64,000 nt of DNA from Lama glama (lineage: Eukaryota), in NCBI GenBank assembly GCA_028534125.1, contig CM052817.1:74030001-74094000 (forward strand), given 5' to 3'. This document shows positions 13,505 to 27,389 of this stretch, one piece after another. Made by a program: the position numbers and the translations under genes. How positions within the stretch are numbered: the stretch's first letter is position 1; every line of letters begins with the position of its first letter. The notes under the pieces were generated by a model, which was not told the DNA's origin, searched no databases, and was given only the letters and a program-made list of their open reading frames with translations.

Positions 13505-13700
13505 TAATACTAGTCAGTCTTATTGTAGATGACACTAACTGGGCAGTTACAAGTGCTTTAGTGCATTAGCTCATGCAACCTTGATATGTTACTATGTGGT
13601 AAATGTTACTGTTTCCATTTCATAGATGAGGATGTGGAGGCTGACAGCTTAAGTAACATAACCGAGCCACAAGCAAGTTTGACAAAGTCTTGTCTTAAAC
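13505..13700 (-). mobile_element. MIR SINE
   Basis: ccattttcatagatgaggatgtggaggct...ttaagtaac core. Confidence 0.65.
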
Positions 13701-14059
13701 ACCCCCTGAGGTCACTTTTTCTTTCTCTGTGAACTTTAACAAGAATGGTCATTTTCAATTTTAAAGTGTTTGTGTTGTCAAATTGAGAGGCCTTGACAGT
13801 CACACAGTAAGGTCCTGCCTTAAATGTTCCCCATAGCCACTTTTTCCTTTACCTATGCACTTTAACTTGAATATTTTAAATTTTCTGTTGTCTAATGGAG
13901 AATCCTTGCCTTACTAGTAAGGTTCCAATTTATAATTTTCTTTTAATCCTAGTATTTTACCATCTTCTCCTGGCAGAGAAAAAATATGAGAATAAATGAA
14001 AAAAAAAAAGAGTCTTTTTTCTCTACCTATAACTAAGGCACTAACATTTTTAAAAGCCA

Positions 14060-14690
14060 ATCAAAGAGTCTTCTTTTGCTTTTTCTGCAAGAACATATCA
14101 GGGGGCGATATGACCTCCAAATGTCAGATGTCTCTCATGATGTTAGCAGCCTTCGATGATCACTGCCTAGATACTTTGTTTTGCAAAAGAATGATATTCT
14201 AATTCCTTTATGCCTTTTTTAGTCGAAGAACAACTCATAGTTCATATAAGAAAAGTAGAGGAATTGATTTTTTTCCTTTTTTATACATCAGTTTTTAAAA
14301 TAATACATTAGTTCCCCAGCATCCTCTGAAGGCTAGGATTGCTGTTCTATTTTGATTATCATTACGAATGCATGGATTTAAACTTACTTGATGTTTCAAT
14401 CTATTACTGTAACCTTTCTTATTTATCCTCTAATTATCCCATCTTTAACCAGTAGGAGACTCTTCAAGTTGGCTCCTGAGTCCTGTTAATGCGAACTCTG
14501 TGGTCTCTAATAGTCTCTGTTCTTCCTGGTACGGCTGGGTGCTCCTGAATCATTCTGTATTTTTCCTGCTCCAGACTTGGGATCAGTTACTTCTACAAGT
14601 AATCCTGGTTTCTGTTAGTGGAAACCAGAGTGTAGAGACCAGGACTGGGTACTCTGAGGGGTGCTCTGTAGTAACTACAGGTTTCTTCAA
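14060..14690 (-). mobile_element. Old L1 (L1MC-like) 3' region
   Basis: Recognisable motifs such as cttcaagttggctcctgagtcc and tttctgttagtggaaa; boundaries approximate. Confidence 0.55.
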
Positions 14691-15554
14691 CAAATAAATT
14701 GAGAAGAGAGGAGTGAGGAGAGTGGGAAGGAAAGAGAAGAGCAGAACTTACAAGTGAAAAGAGAGTTAAAAGACCAAACTGATAACAAAATGATAAGACA
14801 GGAGGGCAAATAGCAAAACTACTAGATACCTGATGATTTTAAGCAATTACTATTATATGATACTTTAAAATATTGCTACCATTGTCACACTTTTAAAAAA
14901 GCCCTTTTCTTTTAGAGATATTCATTAAAGTAATTATAGATGTATTGATACAATGTTTGGACTTGACTTAAATAATCTCGGGTGGAGGAATGAGTAGGGT
15001 GGTGTAGATGAAATAAGATTAGCCATCAGTTCATCATACTATCATTCTCTCTACTTTTGTAGAGAGAATTTTCCATAAAAACTTAAAAAGCTATTTTGAC
15101 ATAGTCAGCTTCATATAACATTTTAAAAATGGAACCTAAAACTAGTCTTCATCATCTTATGTACATATTTGTGCTTGGGAGATGCTAGAGTTGTTTGATT
15201 AATAAGAGTTGAGAAGCACTGATTACTGATTACGTAGAAAGACTACATTATCAAGAACATTCAAAACTGATTTTTAATAAAGTCTAGAGTTAGAAAAATG
15301 ATTAAAGCTATAATCACACTAATGATTAAACCATTCTAAAGCCTGCTTTTATGAAAAAAAGAGATGAAGAAGCAATGTTGAGAAACTCTTGAGAAGCCAG
15401 AGGCAACTTAATGGAGCAGTCTAAAAAGACATCCACTTCATAGTCTCAGAAACTAAAGGGCATACCACGAGCTTGCATACAAAATGCATGTGGGGTCTGG
15501 AAACGCACAATTAACCAGTGAGGGATATGTATGGCTCCCTTTTATCCCTTATGC

Positions 15555-15618
15555 AAAAAAAAAAAAAAAAAAAAAAAAAAAGAAGAAGAAAAGAAAAGAA
15601 AAAAAGAAAAGGAAGAAA
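15555..15618. repeat. Poly(A) run followed by GAA/GAAAA repeats
   Basis: Read directly from the sequence. Confidence 0.95.
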
Positions 15619-18074
15619 TCACAGTTCAAATAGTGATAATGCTCAACTAACACTCTGGGACCTACAGGGCAATGATGGATAGAACAAAGATAAGATCAAA
15701 GCAAGCAAGATAGAAAATTACTTTTCAGATAATGAAAATTATTCAGACCATGTAGTAGGAGTGGCAAACTGAAAGGCTTTCTGGCACCAGGCTAGGGTGA
15801 ATGCCAGTCCCCGCCTTGTGCACGAGGGAGGGCAGGAACCAGCGGAGAGCAGGTGTCATCTGTCTGGCAGGTACAGCTGCCACATAAGAACAAAAGCATC
15901 CTGTTATTAGTTCTTTCGGTTAGAGAAGCCAGGAACTGACAGTTTCCAAGGAAATCTCCTGGTAACACATTATAAAGATAAAGGCCAATGCCCCAATATA
16001 AAAGCTCCAAATGTCTGGCCAAGACATCTAGAGGCCAGCTCTTTGCAACCTTTGCTCTGTTCTGTCACAATCCCAAAACCTGCTGCTCTAAAAGAATTCG
16101 CAACTAGCTGGGTAAAAGTTGGTGTGCCTCAAAATCACCGGGCAAGCTTGTGAGAATGCAATTCCTGAACATCACAGAGACTATTTTCCTATTATTATTA
16201 TTATCATATTATTATATCCTATTATAATATTATTCAGGTTCTTGGGTAGGTCCCAGAAAGTTGTATTTTGATAAGCACTCAGGTAGGTCACTTTGAAGCA
16301 TGTGGTCTGTGATCTACAGATTGAAAAACATTAAGTTAGGGAAACTATGAACACTATATATTTTGAGAAATATCTAAAGGGATGTAAGTTCAGAGTAAGA
16401 GGATATTGGTAGGGACTATCATTGAGGATAAAGCTCTGTGGGTTGAGGACCGATGAAGATGTGAGTCATGAGGGATGAAGATGAGAGCTTTCTGACTGTA
16501 AGACACACCTGTGATGGTCTAGTGTCAGTGCACTGCAGAATTGCTGAGAGCAACGAATTGTCCAGTAGCTTTGAGATTTCAAAATGGTAAGTACTTCCTT
16601 AAAAAGTGCTTGATGCTGATTTATCACAGCTGAAATATGAAAAGGCTAAGGTTCAGAAAACACACAATGGCTGGACCTAAATTGGCCATAAAAGAAAAAA
16701 ATGAAATACATTCTATAATATTTCAAAGGTTGGTCAAAAGCTATAGTATATTCTGTGATAGCCACTAATTTATTATCACTCATAACTGTTCTGGTATCTA
16801 ATTCAGGTAGAGAAGTAGCAAGACAAGGGGTGTGTGTGTGTGTGCACATGTGTCTGTGTGTCGGCCATGTTTATGGCTTACATTTTTATCTTCTAAAGCC
16901 AGGATGTAGAAGGAAGTTTGGTTCAAAACCATTGCTCCAGTGGTATCTCTAAACAACATTTGCTCATCCCGTTAGGGAATTATGAAAATAGCTCTATATG
17001 CAAGAAAACTATCAAAATCAATTTACTGTTGTTAATAGCAGAACACAGGGCTATGTTCTTGCTTCATTAATGTCTATTATTTACTTTCCAGTAATGGACT
17101 AATAGCTTTCAAAGACCAGGAACAGGTCAGACTCTATTCTGTGTGAGATCACAAAAGCAAGGTAATGGTGGTAAATATCTGAAATTTCCTGTGTACAGAT
17201 TATTGCATGTTTCTAATAAAAAATAATGCACAGGCTTCTTTAAGCCATTACACCAATACTGTGCTTTACTCTGTTCTGTGTCAACGACCCAAAGACAGCC
17301 AGAGTGAGTGCTCATAGTTTAATTCACATAGAAGATGACCTGCCATTTTGCCAAATAGCTTATCTTGCATTTCTTTTGTTATCTGGGTTGTCATTTCTTA
17401 CCACACTATCCAATGTCTAACCTTGCAAAGAAGTAGTTATTCAATTGGCAAGAGCTAGTGCTGACAGATGGCTGAAAAAGAGTTTCTCTCAAGATATGCC
17501 ATTACCTAAAAGCTGTCAAATAATGCGTACATTTCTTTCGTGGTTATTACAATGGAGATGAAGAAAAGTGCACCATCTTAGAAGTAAACTGAATTTAATG
17601 AAACTCTTATGACATTTAATAAAATGGTGAAACAATATTCCAAGCCCACAGCAGTAACCCAGAAATGTAACAAAAGGCAGAAGAATCTATTATGATGTTC
17701 CTGGTGGTGGGCAGTGGGAGATCATTTCCCCCAGGTAGGTAATATTAGAAAATATAAGACGTTTCTGCAGGTAGCTGTGCGACCCCAAGTGCATTTCTAG
17801 GCATGCAATCAAAAGAAATTCTAAAGAAAGTGGAAGCTGATGGCAAATATATGCTCTAAACAGGGTATAGCTTGTCACAAAGGGATTTGGTTGCTTGTAG
17901 AAAATTGTGTGAAAAAAGTAAAGGTAAGGATAGAACTGAGCAAAATGGAAGGTGGATCTGCTCACAGCAAAAGTGGGGTTGAAATCTGTGGCTCTAAGTT
18001 TCTAGCCATTCATGAGATCTGTGTGCACGTATATATTTGTAGGTATATGTGCATGTCTATTTAATATTCACTTA

Positions 18075-18140
18075 TTTTTTATTGAAGTATCATTGATTTA
18101 TAACGTTGTGTTAGTTTCAGGTGTACAGCAAAGTGATTCA
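18075..18140 (-). mobile_element. L1 extreme 3' end fused to U6
   Basis: Minus strand TGAATCACTTTGCTGTACACCTGAAACTAACACAAC...CTTCAATAAAAAA matches the L1 3' termini at about 8720-8780 and 41140-41200. Confidence 0.88.
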
Positions 18141-18243
18141 AAAATATGGAATGCTTCACGAATCTGCGTGTCATCCTTGCACTGGGGCCATGCTAATCTC
18201 TGTATCGTTTCAGTTTTAGTGCATGTGCTGCCGAAGTGAGCAC
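18141..18243 (-). pseudogene. RNU6: Full-length U6 snRNA retrocopy (5' half of a U6/L1 chimera)
   Basis: Minus strand reads GTGCTCACTTCGGCAGCACAT...GATGACACGCAGATTCGTGAAGCATTCCATATTTT. Colinear with U6, with scattered substitutions and a 3-nt deletion just after the ACAGAGA box. Confidence 0.95.
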
Positions 18244-19104
18244 TACTTAACAGCCTGTAAGACTGTTACACAGCTCAGACAACAAGGAGAGAAACAACTC
18301 TTCATCTATCTTTGTTCTTCCAGCCAAGTAATTCAGAGCTTCTCTCACAGAAGTTATCTCACATTTCACAGATGTGAAATCCCATTATTACAAGATATGC
18401 CATTATTTTAAAAGGTTATCTACATAAACTGTATTATGGAAATGTACTCAAACAGAAAATTCCAAAACCAAGTGTGCTCAAATTTACCAAAGTAATATCA
18501 AAATTGAGCACAGTATGTTTGGTGAAGTCTAAGATAGAGAGTCCAAAACATGATGATATGTCACAGTTATTAAAAATGCAGCTGCCCAGCCTGAGCTCAG
18601 AGCCACTAAAGTGAAGGGGCCCATATAGGGACTGGACATTTCCACGAACATAAGTTTCAGCACTGATTCTCTTATAGAGCCATGAAAGAATTCCTAGTAC
18701 AGTATCACGGGTTTTGTGGGATTTCGTGTTAAAGATCTGATATTCTTCAACACCAATAACATTGATACGTTGTAAAACAATGTTTTTAATGCAAGAAACA
18801 AATCAGTGATTGAAATTATTTAAAGGAATGAAATATGATTCAAGAGCTGTGAAACTGGTCCACAATAATATGTATTGCAGAATAAAACGGAAACAAGAAG
18901 ATAATCTAAAGGTGAAGAAAGAAAGAAGAGAGAGAGAGAGAGAATTTGGTATTCAAATGAATGGGTGAAGGCATCACAATACTCAGCTGGCAGTCACAAC
19001 AATAATGCTGAGTCATCCATTAAAATGTGCTCAGTCTCTCTCACAGGGCTACATATCCATTATCTGGAAACTTCATTTATAAAGAAACATTTTCTAATAA
19101 CTAT

Positions 19105-19285
19105 AATAATAATAACTCACGTTTACTTTATTTAAAAAAATCCTCTTGGCAGTCCTAGGAGGCAAGTACTGTCACTATCTCCATTTTGTAAGAGGAAGCT
19201 GAGATGCAGGGACTGCAGGATTTGTGCCGGTCCGAGAGCAGGACTGAGGGGCTGGGTGCGTTCTCTTACCTGCTCCACACACGGC
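19105..19285 (-). mobile_element. Degenerate MIR SINE
   Basis: ggcaagtactgtcactatctccattttgtaagaggaagctgag core. Confidence 0.55.
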
Positions 19286-20749
19286 CTCCTAACTTAGGAG
19301 GCAGGTGGGAGAGAAGAGGAAGAAGGGGAAAAACTAGGAGGGAAATGAGAAAAAAAAAGAAAGAATAAAGAAAAAGGGAAGTGGGGGGAGGCTGGAGATG
19401 CCCTTCTGATGAAGTGAAGACTATGAGGTGCCCTGACCACAAGCCCTCCTTGCCCTGCTTCTGACCCATCTACACCATACTCACTCTCTCTCCAGTGTCA
19501 GGTCTAAGGGCCGAACTTCAGCTACCTACACCCACCTCCACCGTACCCTCCACAAAACCCATCTACATCTGCCTGCCTCTCAGGGTACTAGACTCCTTTT
19601 TAAATTCATCAGTAGAAACAGATCAGTGATGGGAGCTGATTCATTGCAAGGGAACTAGTCGAGTTATCTGCCATTCATGCCTAGATTTGAACAAGGACAT
19701 TTGAGGCAATGCTTTAACCCAAAGTCATTCTGGAGTTCCTGCTTAAAAGACATTCTCCGGGAGGCAGGAGGAAGACACAGCTTGGGGCACACCTAAGACT
19801 GCACACTTTAATTAGGTGACAATTCCAACTTTTTGGAATAATAATAGCTATTTGTATTTTCATTAGCTTTACAAACTATAAAATGTCTTCATTTACTGTA
19901 TACCCTATTTGACCCTCATATAATTCTGTGAGGGCAAAACATTCCTATTTTATAGGTAAAGAAGCCAACTTAGAGGTATCAAGGAGATGGGGGCAGAAGG
20001 TGCAAAGCAAAGACTCGAATCCAGGCACTGTGGCTCCAAATACCGTGCTCTTCTCATAACTGCCTTCCCCGGCATGAGGGTAACTCAAAAACCCAAGATG
20101 CACCAGTTTAAGATCAAACAAAACACCAAGTTGCTGTTGCTAATGAGATAAAGCTGACATGAAATACAGTGGGATAATCTAGCTGGACAAAGCAGTAGTA
20201 GTGAATTTATTTTTGTTTTTAAACAAAACTAAATCAAAAAGTTATTTTCAGAACCAAAGATTTTTTTTTTTTATCAACTCCTTCCAAGCTTACTGACGAA
20301 CACCCAAGGCAACAAAATCTGTCTGCAGCATAGGAAAGTCAAACTCTTTTAAAGTCTGGTAGTAATGACAGTGTCAGGAACCGAGAGGATTAGCTCCTGT
20401 CAATAACCCTGGTAGAAACATGTTTCAGAAGACCCTGTAGCACCCTTCTGTATGTCAGCCCTCACCTATGTGAGAAGTCTGTGTTGACATACAGAGAGAC
20501 TTTTATAACAATTGCAGTAGAAATCCTCCCCTGCACAGGCTACTTATTAGACTAGAGTCGGTTGCCAAAGGTCTAAATCCCCACAGGACAGTCATTTTCA
20601 TTTTTTTTTTTCCAAGATCCCACTATTTCCCTCTTAACTCCTGCTGAGTACCTCGTGGTGCAGACATGACACCTGCTGTAAGGGTTGCCTGGAGAAGGTG
20701 AGAGGACAGGAACATAAGTGTATGACCTCTGTGAGGGCTGCTCTATGTC

Positions 20750-20910
20750 CCTGATCTCAAGGTGTTTCCCAGGACCAGGAGCATTAGCCCCACCTGGGAA
20801 CGTGCTAAAAATGCAAATATTCCCACCCTAGACCTACTGAATCAGAAACAGCAACCTGCTTCAACCAGTCCCTCCACGTGACCATGCTGTAGGTAGAAGT
20901 TTGAGAATGT
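20750..20910. mobile_element. MER5A-like hAT-Charlie DNA transposon remnant
   Basis: cacctgggaac...aaatgcaaat...agacctactgaatcagaaac...aagtttgagaa. Confidence 0.75.
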
Positions 20911-21021
20911 TAACTCTAAGCTGACCGCTAGACAGCACCAACTTCAAAATGAAGAGATACTATTTTTAATTACAACAGAACTGGTGTCCTACAGAATCCG
21001 CATGAAAATATGACTCCTTAC

Positions 21022-21105
21022 CGCATGCCCACATATCCACTGGCTTTCCATAAGGATCTTTACGTAAGACTTCTGGAGATAGATATCCAGGTGTGCCAGC
21101 AAAAC
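21022..21105 (-). CDS. CAMK2D: CAMK2D exon 8 (84 nt), [28 protein letters not shown](G)
   Basis: tttcctag|GTTTTGCT...TGGGCATGCG|gtaagg. Confidence 0.97.
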
Positions 21106-22210
21106 CTAGGAAAACAGACGTTGATGAATCAAAACCAACTTGACAAAACCAATACGAAACAGCAAACTAAGGAAGAAAATTTCTTTGGGCTTCTTTATTT
21201 GCTGATCTGTTCATCAAGACAAAACAAGGCTCTCAGAGTACTAAAATAATGGGGTCGAGTTTCTCTCCATAACAGAATCAACACTAATGTGTCCTGCTTT
21301 GGAGCTTATTAGAAAAAACACATCTTTCTTCCCAGATATGAAGGCCAATCCATTGTGCCATGTGGTCAGGGTGTTTACTTTCAGGCCACTTGGTTAGCAG
21401 TTCTGATTCGCACTGACTTATATGGGAGTTAAAACTGAACCTGTGAAGGGGATCAGAACATCCTCCCCAACACCTGAAAAGAAATTAGGAGAAAACTGAA
21501 GATAGGGTGAGAACCCTGCAAAAGATGATAATTATCATGATGCCTACCTACTTTATTATGAGAAGTAGTCATTCATAAAATAAGACTCAAAGCATAGATC
21601 CTAGGGACAAATTTAAAGCAAATTTTTAGTAAATATTTTTGAAAGTGAGGTAGTCTGTGGGTGGGTGGTGCTAACGGTAACTGAAGAACTCTCTAGGAGA
21701 AGAAATAACCTCAAAATATATCAAAGAGCTCGCCATGTACTAATAAATCAATAATCAGTGTGAACTTGTAACTGGAAACTAAAGAGAAGACTTGGGAATA
21801 TTCAGTTAAATCACTATTGAACAAGTTTCAGCTAGAATTTTAATGTAAGAGACATTAAGTTGGCAGATGGCAAAAGGAAGTTTCATATGCTATAAATCAG
21901 TGTAGAATCCAATAAGGTACACTTAAATCACAACTTATAGCTAGAATCTAGAGTAAAAGATTTCTTACTTCTGAAAATAATAGTTTTCAAATAAAAAAAA
22001 TTTACTTTACCAAAAAATAACTATTCCTGCTTGGAAGTTGTGTTTAAAAGCACAAAAAGAAAGAAAGAAAAAATACTTAAAAGGATATGTAATTAGAAAT
22101 TCCTCTAACTACGAATCACTGATGAAGCATATTATATTTACTGGGATGCAAAGTGCCCAAGGAAAGAGCTTTTCCCCTCATCCTCATGACAAGTTTGTAC
22201 TTAAAAATAA

Positions 22211-22272
22211 GTGTGTGTGTATATGTGTGTGTATATATATATGTGTGTATATAAATATATATATAGAGAGAG
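22211..22272. repeat. Compound (GT)/(AT)/(AG) microsatellite
   Basis: Read directly from the sequence. Confidence 0.95.
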
Positions 22273-25200
22273 GGGCATGGTTACTTCTCTGAAAATTATA
22301 TTAGAAAATGAGGCAAAGGATTTTGGATTTCATTTTTTCCATTTTCATTACTTTTCGCTTTCCTTGTTTGTTTTAGAGGAGGATGGGTGGACAATGAGAA
22401 AGGACTTCAAGAAAAGACCCATATGTTATAGCTGAAGCCCTACATGGACCACAGTGCATCCAACTCTACCTCACACTTTACTTGATAGAAATGTTCGCTT
22501 GGCAGGTGTGAGGTGAAGAGAGTTACTGAGCAACAATGGTGGCTCCCCTGCCTACAGCACCAAGATCACCTGGAGGAGGGATGTGGAGGCAGCTGATCCT
22601 GAGGTGGGGATAGGCACAGCCGTCCTGAAGAGCTCCCCAGTGCTTCCCATCTGCCGTACCTGCTCTCTCTCATTCCAACCACTCCTCCCTGGCTGAATTA
22701 TGGACAAAGGGAATCCGATGAGAAACCAATGTCAGAGGCCAGATTAAAGACCAAGGCCCTGGCTGGTACATGAAGATCGTTTATCTTCTCATCCCTGCCC
22801 CACCGCCCTTTCATTCACCCAACATCATTTCTTTCTCCTTCTGAGCACGTACCCTAAAAAATCTCTTTAAAGTCTCTTGAAAATAAACTTCTCCTTCTCA
22901 CCCTTGATTATACTTTTTCTATTCCTTGAACCCTCAATTTTCTTCCCCTACCTTCCTTCTCTGAGAGTGGCTCTAAATCATTTCCATGTTAGAGATCTCC
23001 TTAGCTAACTACAGTTCTCAGTAGTCCTTTCTTTCTCTGAATTTTGACTACCCTTTTATACACAATCCATACCCTTCTATCTAGAATTGGTCAACTTTAA
23101 TTCATGTCTTCAGTAACTCAGGAGACTACATGGCCTGGAATAGGAACTGTTAATGATATTGCATCTAGGTAGAAAAGACAGGGAAGTGAGTCATTATGTA
23201 AGAAATTAGAAGATGATCTTAAATATAAATTACTACCTCTCCTGGAGACTCAAATGCTAAGAGAATATCATCACACTCATTCATATTCAGCACTACTATC
23301 ATTGCAGCAGCCAGTGGGGTCCTTACTCCTAAGAACATGGAAGCCTACATCTAAATGCGTGAACGTTAAAACGGCATGCTTACTCTGCAAGATGTACGTA
23401 TGAATACAGAAACACTGAAGGTAAAATAAATAAGGTCTTCTCTAGCAGGAGATTAAACTCCTAAGAATCTAGTCTATCATGATACATGCTGTTAACAGGG
23501 AGTTAAATGAGGGCTTGCCTTCTCTAGAGACAGCATGTTTCTTGTTCTGAAAAACCAATAGCAATATCGGAACAGATCACACAAAGAGAAAACAGACTTA
23601 CTTACTGTTGGAAATGTATCCATTGCAACATACTGTCATTAAAAAACCTTAATATTTAAAAAAGAGACATAATAGCAACCAAGCAAAATCATTCTTCCAT
23701 GAAGTAAGATCACGGCAGTTATCCTGCTCTCCTAGCAGCAACAAAAAAACCAGAAGCGTACTGCAAACAGCATTTCTAATCCCATAGGAGAAACAGACTA
23801 TTTTTCTTTGGTAAATTTTCTAGCCATCTTAACAAGTGTAATGACACAGGGTGTTACTTCTAGCCTTCTTGGCTGGTATTCAGAGAGGTCAGGGCTAGAG
23901 AGACAGAAGAAGCAACATGGGAAAAGCAAACATTTGAACTTGAAAATGAGAATTAAAAAAATAATAAGACACAGTAGATAGCTTATATAATGGCTTTATT
24001 TTTCTTATTTGTATTAGACCTCTTATACTTATTAAAATTACGTAAAAGCCTGAAACTCTGGCATTAACACATCATGGAGAAAGAGTTCTGCTCTTGTCTT
24101 ATTAAAAAAAAAAGGCTCCACACTCAACAATGATATTATATTTTAAAAGGTAAAATTAATCAAATACATGTGACTATGATGGCAGATAACACTGAATATA
24201 AAAACAAGTCATTCATACTAAAACATGCCTTTACTCCTAAAACCTAGAATATGTCAGGCAATATCCCCCAAAGAAATGTAGTACATCACATGCCCACTTT
24301 TTTTCCCTAGGTAGGTAACCACGAGAATTTGCTTGAACTTGAGTAGAGTAAGTTTTAAAAAATAGCTTAAAAAAAGCTAAAAAAAAAAAAAGGAAACATA
24401 TTCTCTTAAGCTTAGAAACTATGTGTTTCTTTTGAATACTTTTGAAATGTTAAATTTTCTTAGAATTTAAAATGTACCTCTTAAAGTCATTACTCTAATA
24501 GATACTTCAGCAAGAACTTAACTGACACCATCATACTGAAGAAAAAATGTGAACTTTACTCTCCATCTGTCATTGTTTCTCTGGGACCAGCTTGCTTTGA
24601 GAAACGAATTACCACAATTTGAAATTTTGTGTACTTCTGTTTGGACACTATTGCTTTCACTAGTCTGATATCTGGTCATTCACTCAACAACTTTCACTGT
24701 GTGGGCAAAGTACTGCGACATGTGTTTCATACCAAGATGGTTTTGAAAACCTACTGAACAGCTTTCACAGCCCAGGCATGTTCCACTGGACTACTTCACT
24801 TAGTCTCGTAACAGCCCCGTGAAGGAGTGTTTATTATCTTCATCTACAAAGAGGACACTGACCTCACAGAGCTTAAATGACTTGCCCAGTGTCACAGCTA
24901 TGGAGAATCAGAGCCAGGATATAATCTCTAGTATTTTAAATGAAAAAGCAGAAACTTCTCCCTGCACACAGTCACTCAAACAGCTTGTGATCTAGCAGAA
25001 CAGATAAAACACAGAGCACCAAAACGGAACAGATTTCAGGAGTTCACGCCAACCCTCTTGTAAGTATCATCCAAGTGTTGATGTTAAATTTCAGCCTCAG
25101 CTCTGACAATAAAGCTTCTGTCTTATTCCTGGTATCCAATCGTCATCTTGTATGCAGTCCTGGGAATTGCATCCCTGAGCCTAAGTCCCTCTTTTTGGTG

Positions 25201-27275
25201 GGTGAGGTAGGGTTCTTGCTTTGCTCGGGACAGGACTAGAGTTCTATCTTTGAAACCAGCCTCTGGGGCTCCAATTTCCCCTAAACAGACTCTTAAGAGT
25301 TTAGAGGCTTGTTGCCTGGAACTTGCTTGCTACTAATGTAGTCCTCCGTTCAAGCTGTTTAATGCATAGTTTGAACTACTTCCTTAGCCTAATTGGCTCC
25401 TTGTCCTTAGGCTGTCCTCAAAGCCATCCTCCACACTGTGACCAAAATCATCATCACATAACATAAACCCAAGTACGTCCCTTCCTACTTAAATTTTTAC
25501 CAGATCCCTGAAACGTCTAAGATAGAAGCCAAACCATTCAAAAGGACAAAAATCCTTTCCTATCTCATTAACTACCGTGCATCTCAGTATACTTTATACT
25601 TTAGCTGTAACAAATTTCTTGTTTCATGCCTCTGAGATTTTGCATGTGCTGATCCCATCTCCTTGAATGTCTGTGAATAAACCTCTCATTCAGCCACTAG
25701 GAAGGCAGAAGACTCATCCCAATCACTGAAATTTCAACCAGAGGCAGAACTTCATAATTCCTCTCTTGTGCTCCAGAGCACCTCCCTCACGTCTCTGTGA
25801 AGGTGCTCCCACACTGCATGGTAAATACTTATTGATATGAAAGTGTGAGCTTCTCGAGGGGAAGGACCTCCTAATTAACTGATGCATCTTCAGTGATTTG
25901 CTCTGCCCATCTCTGTGACAGCCCTGCTACTTTCTGTTGGACCCTGATTCCTGTCACTGCATATTCTTTATCTGTGTCAACCATACCTTTTCCTAGGATA
26001 AAACATCTCTCTGAATCTCAGATTTATAGAACTAATTCTAGGTCCTACCTTCTTTCAGTCTGCAGTTAACAAGAACAAGCTTTACTCATATGTCAAAATA
26101 TGACAAACCAAATGCCAAATTTGGAGGTACTGAATTCACCTGGTGCTTAGGGAGAGCCTTATTGTAAAAGGCAGTATGAAACTGGAAAGATATCACAGAC
26201 AAGGATAATGGTCAGGTACTACTGAAACAGGACAGGCAGCAGAAAATGAGGTCCTCAGTTAGGCTGCCTGTAGGGGAGACTGACAAGGCTGCCCCACCAG
26301 CCACTCCCATTAACTAGTGGGGGCCAATCAGAGATGGTGAATCCTGGGAGCTCTGTGTACATTTTAGTACATTTGTGTGTTTAGGGATACAGAGAAGCAT
26401 TTGTGTGTAAAACAAAAGAAGTAAGCACTTTTTGAGCTCTCTTTCTCTTTGTTGTTGTTCAAAGTGAAGGGCATTTAAAAGATTTAGCTAATCTCAACAA
26501 ACTGAAAGTCAGAAAAGAGGAGATACTGGGGTTACGCGGTGTGGTTGGTTATATTTAGGACACTACATGAAAAATGGGCTGAAATTGGGAAATGGCAGAA
26601 AGAGAGGCAGAAGAAAATCAGTGAGTGAAATAATGTATTCAGGCTAAATATCGAAACAATCCATAAGCCTGGTAAGAAATGCTATAATTTGAAAATTTGT
26701 TTAGAGTTAACCTCTTCCTTAATTGCAAGGAAACAGTAATTTGATCATATAGAAATTTTGAAATTATCAAAATTGCAGAGAAGAAAGTGGCACTTTGGAG
26801 AAATAGAAGATGAAAAACACACATAGACATAAATCTGTATATACCTTATAATATTTTTAAAACTTTAATTTGCTCATCACAAAATATGTAAAATATTCTG
26901 CAAGTATTTCCTGAGTACCTACTACTTACAGAGGCGTTTTTGGCATCAAGTGAGGCTGTCTGTGAACAATCAGTTTTCTCTCAAATAAAGTAATCTTAGA
27001 ATATTTGCAATCCTCCTACTATTCTCAGTACATAATCCGTTTTTTACCCATCCTTTAACTTAAAAGTCTATGTGTTATTGCTCTATTATATTTTCCCTTA
27101 AATTATTTCTGCACTATATACCTTTCACGCCAGGAATGTTAGGTACTTATAATGGTCCGATATCTTAAAATTAGTCAAGTTGTCAAAATGAACATTTCCA
27201 TCCAGTTTTGGTTTGGAAGTGGGATGTGCCTGGAGCCAGAAAAGAACAAGTTGCTCAGGGGAAGGAGGGCCTCTA

Positions 27276-27389
<114 letters not shown>

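Noticed and set aside
18141..18243. Functional U6 snRNA gene
   Set aside because: It has a 3-nt deletion next to the ACAGAGA box, several substitutions, no evident upstream PSE/TATA, and is fused to an L1 tail.
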